From NCBI GenBank assembly GCA_041288045.1, contig JBGGMM010000089.1:1-30167 (forward strand): a DNA stretch of 30,167 bases, written 5' to 3'. Below the pieces are notes generated by a model that saw only the letters and a list, made by a program, of their open reading frames with translations, had not been told where the DNA came from and searched no databases. Each line of letters begins with the position of its first letter. Position 1 is the first letter of the stretch. The DNA comes from Pseudobdellovibrionaceae bacterium. GTDB lineage: Bacteria; Bdellovibrionota; Bdellovibrionia; Bdellovibrionales; Bdellovibrionaceae. This document shows positions 17,569-28,100 of the stretch, one piece after another. Made by a program: the position numbers and the translations under genes.

Positions 17569-19128
17569 CTAAGGGCCCGCGCTGCTTGGGAAACTCTTGC
17601 TGGCTCCCCACAAGATACGAACGGCACCCACGCCGCCCGAGGGAGCAGGACTATTGGCAGGCGAGGCGCAGATGCCACCGCCTCCAGCGCCACCACCATG
17701 CTGGCCTCCACTGGTGCCGTCAATGCCGCCAGAGCCACCCTGTCCCGTATTGATTCCATCTCCCGTTGCACCGATTCCAAAAACTCCCACACCGCCGCCG
17801 CGGGTACCAGCCGTACTGGACGATCCACCACTTCTGCCTCCGTTGGCGGCGCCACTGCTGGCGGTCGGGGCGGCTCCAATTGATGCGGAAGTGCTTCCGA
17901 CTCCTCCGCCTCCACCCGTGCCTGAATAGCCACCCGCTCCTCCACCGCCACCGCCGCCGTTATTTCCTGCAGCTCCGCCGGGACCACCATTACCACCTCC
18001 ACGAGTCGTGTAGGTGATTCCTGCGCCCGTGGTTCCTCCGGTTCCACCCGCACCCGCAGCTGTCGCCGTGGCACCGGCGCTGCCGCCAACGGCCCAGATG
18101 AGATCGGTGGCCCCTCGCTTCACATAGGAATTGCCGCCAGCAAAGCCGGCTGTAGGCGAAGCTGAACAGCCGGTTCCGCCGATTCCGCCCGCGCCAACAA
18201 CCAAAGTCAGCGTTTCACCCGCGGTCACAGGGATTCCGTTGGCCCAATAAAGCTGTCCACCGCCCGCACCGCCGCCGACTCGAGTTCCGCCTCCAGTGGC
18301 ATCTCTGCCGCCTCCGGCGCCGCCGCCGCCACCGACGACGAGAGCGGAGATGGTGGTGACTCCAGTGGGAACCGTAAAACTATAAGTTCCCGCTTCGCGA
18401 TAGGCCATGGATGCCTCACTCGGCACATTGCCACCATCGCGGCGAACGCAGCGGACATAGAGACTGGACATACGGTTAACTTCCGTTTGCGTTCCATCGT
18501 AAAAGCTCTGGTAATAGGCGTAGTTGGAGCTGTATCCTTCAGAGGATGACCAGTATTGGCTCGACACGCCCGTCACAAAACCTTTCAGCGTACTTGTCTT
18601 GCCACCGAATGCGACACAGTTAGGATCTTCTTGTGGATTCCATGTGCTGTGAAGCGAGACTTGAGCTTTACAATAGATAAAAGCCAGTTCGGATTTAGAA
18701 GGTAAGTACCAATCGGTATATCCTCCAAAATCCATGTCGTTGCAGTAATCAGCCGCCGAATCACTGCTGATAGAAGGCTGAGTGACGAGAAACGCGGTGG
18801 TGAAGTCGCCCTTTTCCAACTGTGGACTCGCGGTCGCGGCGGAGGCTATATTCGTTAAACTTAAAATATCCACCGCGCTACCTGTCGAACCGAACCATTT
18901 TCTTTGTACCGCCGCTCCGTCCGTACCGCTGCAGGTGGGGTCGCTCGTTGTCCCATCGCATCCACCGGGCATGACATAGTAAGTACCGCCGTCGTAGGTA
19001 CCCACGTTAATTGGACCATTGGCAGCGCTTGAACCAGCACCTCGATTCATTCCAAAGATGGAAGGAACCTGGGCCGATGAGCTTTGGCTAAGGGCTAAAA
19101 GAGGAAGAACCAAAGACAAGAGTTTCAT
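17569..19128 (-). CDS. Secreted protein: DUF1566/Lcl C-type-lectin-fold domain followed by a glycine-rich (phage tail / gp38-like) domain
   Basis: Signal MKLLSLVLPLLALSQSSSA; YCNDMDFGGYTDWYLPSKSEL, YWSSSE, VRCVRR; then TYSFTVPTGVTTISALVVGGGGG...GGVGAVRILWG. ATG overlaps the upstream TAA (TAATG, 19130-19126). Confidence 0.88.
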   Translation of the reverse strand: MKLLSLVLPLLALSQSSSAQVPSIFGMNRGAGSSAANGPINVGTYDGGTYYVMPGGCDGTTSDPTCSGTDGAAVQRKWFGSTGSAVDILSLTNIASAATASPQLEKGDFTTAFLVTQPSISSDSAADYCNDMDFGGYTDWYLPSKSELAFIYCKAQVSLHSTWNPQEDPNCVAFGGKTSTLKGFVTGVSSQYWSSSEGYSSNYAYYQSFYDGTQTEVNRMSSLYVRCVRRDGGNVPSEASMAYREAGTYSFTVPTGVTTISALVVGGGGGAGGGRDATGGGTRVGGGAGGGQLYWANGIPVTAGETLTLVVGAGGIGGTGCSASPTAGFAGGNSYVKRGATDLIWAVGGSAGATATAAGAGGTGGTTGAGITYTTRGGGNGGPGGAAGNNGGGGGGGAGGYSGTGGGGGVGSTSASIGAAPTASSGAANGGRSGGSSSTAGTRGGGVGVFGIGATGDGINTGQGGSGGIDGTSGGQHGGGAGGGGICASPANSPAPSGGVGAVRILWGASKSFPSSAGP

Positions 19129-22100
19129 TATTGGTACCCTGCGCCCCACGAAACATAGCCGGTTGTGCCTGCTTTAATGATGGTCAAGATCGTATGTCCA
19201 GTGGCGACGATCTGATTCGAAGCGCAGGCCGGTAGGCATTTCCATGTGGTGACGTCTCCTGCCGTACTCAAAGTGAAGGTGCCAGCCGAAGTCAGAATCA
19301 ACACATACGAAGCCCCGTCATACATCGATCCAGAAGTGAAAGTCAGAGTTCCGGCGGCGACACTGCTGGACTGGATATTTCCCGAAGCCCAATTTGTGTT
19401 CAGCGACGAGTGAGACAGATATCCGCTCTTGATCTGGCCGGCGACGTCCAACTTTGCGTTGGCAGCAGGAGTGCTCGTCCCAATCCCGACAGAGCCATCC
19501 TGAGAGATCACCATGCGAGTGGTGTTGTTGGTGCGGAAGTACAAAGGATAATTGTCGTTCGTTCCAAGGTCAGCAGTTTGAGTGAATGAATTTCCGCCAT
19601 CGGCAAATCCGCCGCTGCCTCCAGCTGGAGTGACCCAGCTCAGGATTCCGGTGCCGCTGGTCTGAAGGACTTGGCCGCTGGATCCATCCATAGAGGGCAG
19701 AGTGAATGTCAAATCGGATGTGATAGCATCTGGTGCGCGCAATGTGACTGTGTTTGTGCCTGACGCTGCCAACTCTCGCATCAGGATCTGACCTGTCTGA
19801 CCCGTGCCTGTACCTGAAGGGCGAGAGGTGATGGCGCCACTGACATCCAAAGATGTGCCTGGAGCGGTGGTTCCAATGCCGACACTTCCGTCTTGCGAAA
19901 CAGCGACGCGAGTGACGCTGTTGGTTCGGAAATACAGTGGATAATTGTCGTTCGTTCCAAGGTCGGCCGTTTGAGTGAAGGAATTTCCTCCGTCACCAAA
20001 TCCACCGCTTCCGCCAGCAGGAGTGACCCAGCTCAGGGCGCCGGCACCATTGGTCTGAAGGACTTGACCGGTGCCTCCATCCGCTGAAGGTAAAGTGAAA
20101 GCGATATCTGATGTGATTGCATCCGGCGCCCGCAAAGTGACTGTGTTCGTACCGTTGGCGGCCAGCTCGCGGAAAAGAATCTGTCCTGTGTTGCCAGTGG
20201 CCGTGCCATTGGGGCGAACGGTGATCGCACCACTCACATCTAAGCTTGTGCCAGGTGTGTCTGTGCCGATTCCGAACTTGCCTCCAGTTAAATAGGAATC
20301 TCCAAAACTTCGGATGGCAACAGTCACATTTGCAGAAGAGTTGCGCGCAAGAAATTCACCGGCATTCGAACCGGTGCCCATGGACGCACGCCAATTACCA
20401 CCTGTAACTATTTCGAATGCTGTATCAGAGCGCGCGCTTCCAGCGACATGTAACTGGGAGAGAGGATTTGTGATGCCAATACCGACATACCCATTGGTTT
20501 TGATTCGCATGGCTTCTGTGGCGCCGTTGTTTCCAACATTGAATTTAATGTAGTCTGATCCACCAGCGGATTCTGTCGACTGAAGGGCCAGAAAGCCGGA
20601 AGTGCTTGCACCACCGATGAGAGCTAAATTCGAACCGGCTGTTCCACTGTTGTTTTTAATCACACTGTTGGGGTCGGCCAGCATGATCGATCCGCCACTT
20701 TGAGTGATATATCCAGTAAATTCAGAATCTCCAACCACATCCAGTTTAGCATCTGGAGAAGTGGTTCCGATACCGACGGATCCATCTTGAGAGATCACCA
20801 TGCGGGTGGCATTGTTGGCTCTGAAGTACAATGGATAGTTGTCATTCGTTCCAAGGTCTGCAGTTTGGCCAAAAGAATTTCCGCCATCGACAAAACCACC
20901 GCCACCACCTGCAGCCGTGACCCAGCTGAGAATTCCGGAGCCGTTGGTCTGAAGCACTTGTCCGTTGGATCCGTCAGCAGATGGCAGAGTGAAGGCGACG
21001 TCGGAAGTGAGGGCATCTGGTGCGCGCAATGTGACGGTGTTTGTTCCATTGGCTGCCAGTTCTTGCATCAAAATCTGACCGGTATTGCCAGATGAAGTTC
21101 CATAGGGTCTGGATGTGATTGCACCTGTGACATCCAGAGATGTTGCGGGAGATGTTGTTCCAATTCCAACGTTGCCGGCCAAATTCAATGACATTCGAAT
21201 TTTCGAGTTCGTTCCTAAATGGATACTTCCACCGCCGGACGCAGTATTCATAATGAAAAAGTCATTGGCGCCACCAAGTGTGTGAGTGCCACTTGGAGAA
21301 TTTTGGCGAAGGTACGTTTCGCCGGAAGCGTCCCGAATTGAAATTTGGGTCCCTGAGTTCGCGTAACTAGTTTCGTGGGCTTTAAAAATTGCCGAGTTGG
21401 AATAGCTTCCTGCTCCTAAGCCATTTCGGACGTCCAAGAATGCGGCCGGTGAAGCTGTACCGATACCCACAGAACCATCTTGAGAGATGGCTATACGAGT
21501 GGTGTTGTTGGTCTCGAATGCCAACGGTCGGCTGTCATTGGTTCCCAAAGTTGCATTGGTTCCGAATGAGTTTCCTCCATCGACAAAACTAGAGCCACCG
21601 CCTCCGCCAGCAGTGACCCAGCTAAGGATTCCTGAGCCATTGGTCTGAAGTACTTGTCCACTTGAACCGTCACCAGAGGGAAGTGTGAAGGCGACATCCG
21701 AAGCAAGAGCATCAGGCGCGCGAAAAGTGACTGTGTTCGCTCCGTTTGCGGCAAGCTCTCGCAGAAGGATTTGACCGGTATTGCCAGTCGCAGTTCCGTA
21801 AGGACGAGAGGTGATTGCGCCTGTGACATCGAGTTGAGTGCCTGGAGCGCTTGTGCCCGAGCCGATGCCAACCTTGCCAGCAAAATACGAGGAAGAATTG
21901 GCATCACTTGCATACAGAGAGTAATGATTGGTTCCTTGCACTTGTCCAATGAAGACACCATAGCTATCTGCCACGTTTCCGCTTGAATCTTGCACCCAGA
22001 AATGGCCACCCATGGCTTCTGTGACTGGATCACTACCCCAAACATTCACGTAACTTTCAAGCCCTTTTGCCGAAGTTGTGGGGCCCGAAGAAACTTTCGT

Positions 22101-25100
22101 ATTCGATTGAATTCCAACCACATAGTCAGCTGGGGATCCGGTCGCTTCAATCCGTGCTCCGTAAACAGAGTCTGCTCTTCCATAGGCGTAGGCATAGAGA
22201 GCATTGATGTTTTGAGTTGCGCCTGTGCCACTTGTTTGAGCTGAAAATTCGCCTCCGACAAGGTCGTAGACGGAGCCACTCGCAATTCTTGCAGAGCCAG
22301 ACACAGCAGTTAAATAGCCCGTATCATTGCTCGAATTATGGTAGACATTTCCCGTAATCGCAGCCAAGTAGTCATCATTGTTTCCAGTCGGATTGGAAGT
22401 GGCTTCTCCAGACAATGCTGTATAATATCCAGCCGATCCGGCACCATTGTTCGCTGTGATTGCAGAAGTGAGTCTTTGTCCGCTGGTTGGAGAGCTGGAT
22501 CCAATTGAGACATCTCCATCCGGCGAGAGAGTCATGCGAGTGGTATTGTTTGTCAGAAAAGACAGTGAGTGATTGTCGGTTGTTCCCAAAGAAGCATTGG
22601 CACCGAAGGCATTTCCGCCATTGACGAAACCAGAGCCACCACCAGCAGCCGTGACCCAGCTCATGATGCCAGAGCCGTTGGTTGAGAGAACTTGTCCGCT
22701 GGTTCCATCGCCTGAAGGAAGTGTCAGAGAGAAATCAGCAGAAATGGAATCTGGTGCCCGCAAAGTCAGAGAGTTCGTGCCATTGGCCAAAAGCTCTCGC
22801 AATTTGATTTGCCCGGTATTTCCAGAAGAGGTTCCGAAAGGACGAGAGGTGATGGCGCCGCTGACATCCAAGCTTGTGCCAGGTGCGCTTGTTCCAATGC
22901 CAACATTCCCTGAAGACAAGATTCGCATTCTCTCGTAGCCAACGTTGCCCAGTGTGGTCGACAAGTACAAATCGGCATTGAAGGTCGGATGAGTGTGATT
23001 TGTGACCTCACTGCCGATGGTGGCAGTTTCCAATTTATAAGAGTTGGTCGAGGTGGCTTGGAAGCGAAGAACAGTTTTGCTTCCTGTGGCCGCAGCACCG
23101 TTGTTATCGATCTTCAGAGGAATCGCTTCGCCGCCCGAAGCCGCTGTTGCAATTCGAGTGGATTCGCCATCTGGATTTCGAATATCGAAGAAGACTTCAG
23201 GAGCAAATCCACCAATACCAATTTTACCATCTTGGTAGATCTTCATGCGTTCAAGAGCATTTGTTTGAAAAACTAGAGCACCTTCCATTGAATTTGGAGT
23301 TGTCGGCTGACCAGCAGAGAAGTACATATTCCCGCGCTGATTGACTGATGCCGAATAAGAGTTACCACGAGCTAAGAAATAAGGGCCATGAGCTTCTGAT
23401 CCTGATCCAAGTCCTGCAGCCATAAATCCCATGCTAGCATCAACAGCCCCAGCTGAAGTGGATCGTAGAAAGAACAAATTGTCAGTGGCGCCAGTGCCCT
23501 GATTGAGCAGGAGTCCGCCATTCAAAGTCAGAAGGTTATTCACTGCCATCGATCCATCTTGCGAGATGACAACACGAGTGGTGCCATTGGTGCGAAGATT
23601 TAATGGCTGTCCATCATTGGTTCCCAAATCGCCAGCTTGAGCAAAAGAATTTCCGCCATCGACAAAACCAGAACCACCAGCACTTGCTGTCACCCAGCTT
23701 AAAATTCCTGCGCCATTGGTTTGCAGAACTTGGCCACTGCTGCCATCACCAGAAGGGAGGGCGAAGCTCACATCCGCAGAGAGAGCATCTGGTGCGCGCA
23801 AAGTGACGGAGTTCGTCCCACCTGCAGCCAGTTCGCGGAAAAGAATTTTCCCAGTGTTGCCAGTGGTCGTGCCCGTGGGCCGGACGGTGATTGCGCCGGA
23901 GACATCTAAGCTTGTTCCCGGAGAGATAGTTCCGATTCCGACATTCCCGGTGCTCGAGTCCAAAAGGAGAGCGGACGTTGACCAAGTGGTTCCATTCCAA
24001 AAAGAAAAGCCCAAATCATTCTGTTCGGATGCAGTTGCCCAGGCATTTCCGCGAGCGTAGATGTTCCAACCTTTCGCCGTTGCCTGACCGACATAATCAG
24101 AGCCATTGCTCATGGTTTGCAGATTGAGAGCGATTTGATTTCCGGCGACCGACCCCGGAGTAACATAGCCCATGCTGGTGGAGGCCCCATAAAGAGTGAG
24201 TGCATATTGCGGATTGGTTGTTCCGATCCCCACATTTCCATCTGTCTTGATGGTCATTCGAGAGCTGCCATTGGTTTCAAAATTCAATTTGAAATTATCA
24301 TTGGTTCCTAAAGTGGCATCCGCTGAGAAGGAGTTTCCACCTTGAGCAAAATAAGTTCCACCTAAGACAGAACTGGCATTGTAACATCCGACAATTCCCG
24401 AAGCATTAAAGCTCACCAATTGATTCAATCCGCAAGTCAACGAAGTCAGCGCGTTGCCGCTTCCGTTCGACATGACAAGTGAGTCGGCGGTGAATGAAGT
24501 CGATGAAGTTCCGCCCTTCGAAACTGGAACTGTGTTCAGAGTGAGAATGCCAGCATTGGAAAGAGTCGCATCCCCAGACATTGTCACAGCAGTGGCATCA
24601 CCAGAAGCGTTACCAACAAGGATTTTTCCCGACGCTAGAGACGATGACATAACATCCGTGATTCCATATCCGGCGATCGTGGTCGGCTTATTGGCAAGGT
24701 CAGCAAAATCAAGCGCTGTATTGACCCAGCCCGTGCCATCGTAACGTAAGACTTGGCCTGAAGCATAAGCGGCCGGGACGATTGCTTTGCCTTTGAGCTT
24801 ATCAACTGAAGTCGCATCGTAGGTACCGGTCACATCACCACTGAATGAGCTTGAAGTGTCGAGCTTTGAATTGAAAGTATCATAATCCGTCTTGCTTAAA
24901 AGACCAGCTGCCGTTCCCGCAGTTGAAGCAAATGGGATTTTCAATATGATCGTGTCCGAACCTGCTGCGATGGTTGGCAATGTCACCGAGTTATCAGTTG
25001 AAACGGCGATGGTTTGAGCATTGCCGGACTGACCATTGAGGGATTGGATTCCACCTCCTGCAACGCCCAAAACTTTGATTGTGGATCCATCCCAATACTT

Positions 25101-28100
25101 CACTTCATTAGAAGTGGTATTAAACCAAGTAAACCCCTTTTGAGTACCATTCCAGCCGGCCGTGCTTGGGTCTGATGAAGCTTGATAGAGACCTAAAGTT
25201 CCAAGCATAGAATCGCCAGCTTTATTCAGCGGAGTATAGCCAAGAGAAGTTGTGATATCACCGCTCACAACATTCGCGCCCACGGTCACACGGCCTTTGG
25301 TATCAACGGTGACTTTCGAGTAAGTTCCAGCAGCAACACCCGTTGTATCCAAAGTCAAAGTGCCAGCATTGTTGATTGTAGCGTCGCCACTCATAGTGAC
25401 AGCAGTGGCATCACCAGAAGCATTACCAACAAGGATTTTTCCAGAAGCTAAAGAAGAAGATAGAGCATCGGTAATTCCGTAACCGGCAATGGTCGTCGGC
25501 TTATTCGAAAGATCAGCAAAATCAAGAGTGGTATTGATCCACTTTGTTCCGTCATACCGGATCACCTGTCCGGCTGCATAGGCACCAGGAACGACGGCTT
25601 TACCTTTGATTTTATCTACTGAGTTGTTGTCATAGGTACCGGTCACATCTCCTGAGAAAGCTGAAGATGTTCCAAGTTTCGAATTGAAATTGTCATAATC
25701 AGTTTTACTGATCAAACCCGCAGTCACACCAGGAGTGAGAGCCATCGGGATTTTCCAAGTATGCGCATCAGAGCCAGAAGTGATTGTGGGCGTTGCGACT
25801 GAGTTATCAACACTGATCGCCAGTGTTTGAGTTTGGCCAGTTTGCCCACCAAGAGAAGTTAGGCCACTTGATGAGACACCCAAAGTTTGAACAGCGGAAC
25901 CGTTCCAGTACTTAATGGCGTTGGCAGTGGTATTAAACCAAGTTCGCCCTTTTTCAGCCGCACCCCAACCGACAGTCGAAGGGTCGGAACCGTGCTGAGA
26001 GAGCAGCAAGTGTTTGCTTGCAGCCAATTCTATATTCCCAACATTGGTGATGTCATATCCACCCATATTCAAAGCACCAGACATCGTGTCGCCAGCTTTG
26101 TTCACAGGAGTATAACCCAGCGCATTGGTCACGTCAGTACTTACAAGCGAGATCACGCCACTTGCATTGGTGATATTAGCGCCAGTTTGCACAATCCCTT
26201 TCGAGATGGCCGTGGCGTCGGCATAAGCCTGTGAGCCAGCAACAGTAACACGACCTTTAGAATCAACAGTGAAAGAAGGAACTGCAGTCGCAGAACCATA
26301 AGTGCCAGTCGAGACTCCAGTCGAAATCAAAGAAAGCACTCCAGAATTGGTCAAAGTCGCATCGCCAGAGAGAGTGACCGGAGAGGCAACATTGGAAGCA
26401 TTTCCAACAAAAATCTGACCATCATTTAAAGCAGCCGTTGGAGGAGTGTAACCCAATGCCGTGGTGATATCTGCTGAATTGATCTGAGAAGCTGAAAGCA
26501 CGCGGCCTTTCGCATCGACCTGAACCTTCGTGTAAGTTCCAGCAGCAACCCCGGTTGTATCCAATGCCAAATTTCCAGCACTGGTAATCGTGGCATCACC
26601 CGAAACAACTTTGTTCACCCAAGCCGTGCCATCATAGATCATTATCTGGTTGACCGCCGTAGCGGCGGTGATTGCTTTGCCTTTGATTTTATCTACTGAA
26701 TTGGTGTCGTAGGTACCGGTCACATCTCCCGAAAACGCGGATGAGGTCCCGAGCTTGGCATTGAAAATGTCGTACTCTGCTTTACTGATCAATCCAGCCG
26801 TTGTCCCGGTGTTGGATGCAGATGGGATTTTCAATGTGATTGTGTCGGAACCGGCTGCAATGGTCGGCGAAGTGACTGAGTTGTCAGTTGAAACCGCAAT
26901 GGTCTGAGCGTTTCCTGATTGACCATTGATGGATTGGATTCCAGAACCAGAAACCCCAAGAACTTTGATTGTCGATCCATCCCAGTACTTCACTTCATTA
27001 GAAGTGGTATTAAACCAAGTAAACCCCTTTTGAGTTCCGTTCCATCCAGCTGTGCTTGGGTCGGATGAAGTTTGGAAGAGACCCAAAGTCCCTAACATCG
27101 AATCGCCAGCTTTGTTCAGAGGCGTGTAGCCCAAAGCAGTTGTTAGATCACCACTGACGATGTTTGCACCACCAGTCACGCGGCCTTTGGAATCGACTGT
27201 GACTTTGGTGTAAGTTCCAGCAGAAACACCAGTTGTATCCAAAGCCAAAATACCAGCATTAGAAATCGTGGCATCACCAGAAATTGTGACAGCCGTGGCA
27301 TCACCGGAAGCATTGCCAACCAGGATTTTTCCTGATGTCAGAGACGATGACATGGCATCCGTGATCCCATATCCCACAAGAGTTGTGGGTCTATTCGATA
27401 AATCAGCAAAATCAAGCGCTGTATTCACCCAGTTGGTGCCATCGTAACGTAAGACTTGTCCAGTAGCATAAGCAGCAGGTGCTACGGCTTTCCCTTTGAT
27501 CTTTTCAACCGAAGTGTTGTCATAGGTACCGGTCACATCTCCCGAAAAAGCAGTTCCAGCTCCAAGTTTAGAATTGAAAGTGTCGTACTCGGTCTTGCTG
27601 ATCAATCCGGCCGTTGTTCCGGTATTCGAAGCCATCGGATACTTTATAGTATGCACATCAGAAGCAGACGTGATCTGGGGCTGAACAACCGAGTTATCGA
27701 TCGAGTAAGCAAAGGTCTGAGTCTGTCCTGTCTGACCACCTAAAGAAGTCAGACCACTAGATGACACGCCCAAAGTTTGAACAGCAGAACCATTCCAATA
27801 CTTAATGGCGTTGGCACTGGTGTTAAACCAAGTTCGACCTTTTTCGGAAGCACCCCAGCCCGCAGTTGAAGGATCTGAAGAGTGTTGCGAAAGCAGAAGA
27901 TGTTTTGAAGCCGCAAGCTCAATATTTCCGACGTTAGTTAAATCGTAACCACCCATATTGAGGGTGCCAGCCATTGTGTCGCCAGCACGATTCACAGGAG
28001 TGTAACCAAGAGCTGTCGTTACATCCGTCGACGTGATTTGAGAAGCCGAGAGCACGCGACCTTTCGCATCGACCTGAACTTTTGAGTAAGTCCCAGCCGC

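Noticed and set aside
17487..18089. 200-aa alternative-frame ORF and the antisense Pro-rich ORFs over the Gly-rich gene
   Set aside because: Shadow ORFs expected from GC-rich GGN codon runs that lack stops; no recognisable motifs.
18440..18760. DUF1566/C-type-lectin domain as a diversity-generating retroelement target
   Set aside because: No reverse transcriptase and no second, adenine-variant copy of the YWSSSE...VRCVRR region in the window, and the domain is internal rather than C-terminal. A remote DGR cannot be excluded.
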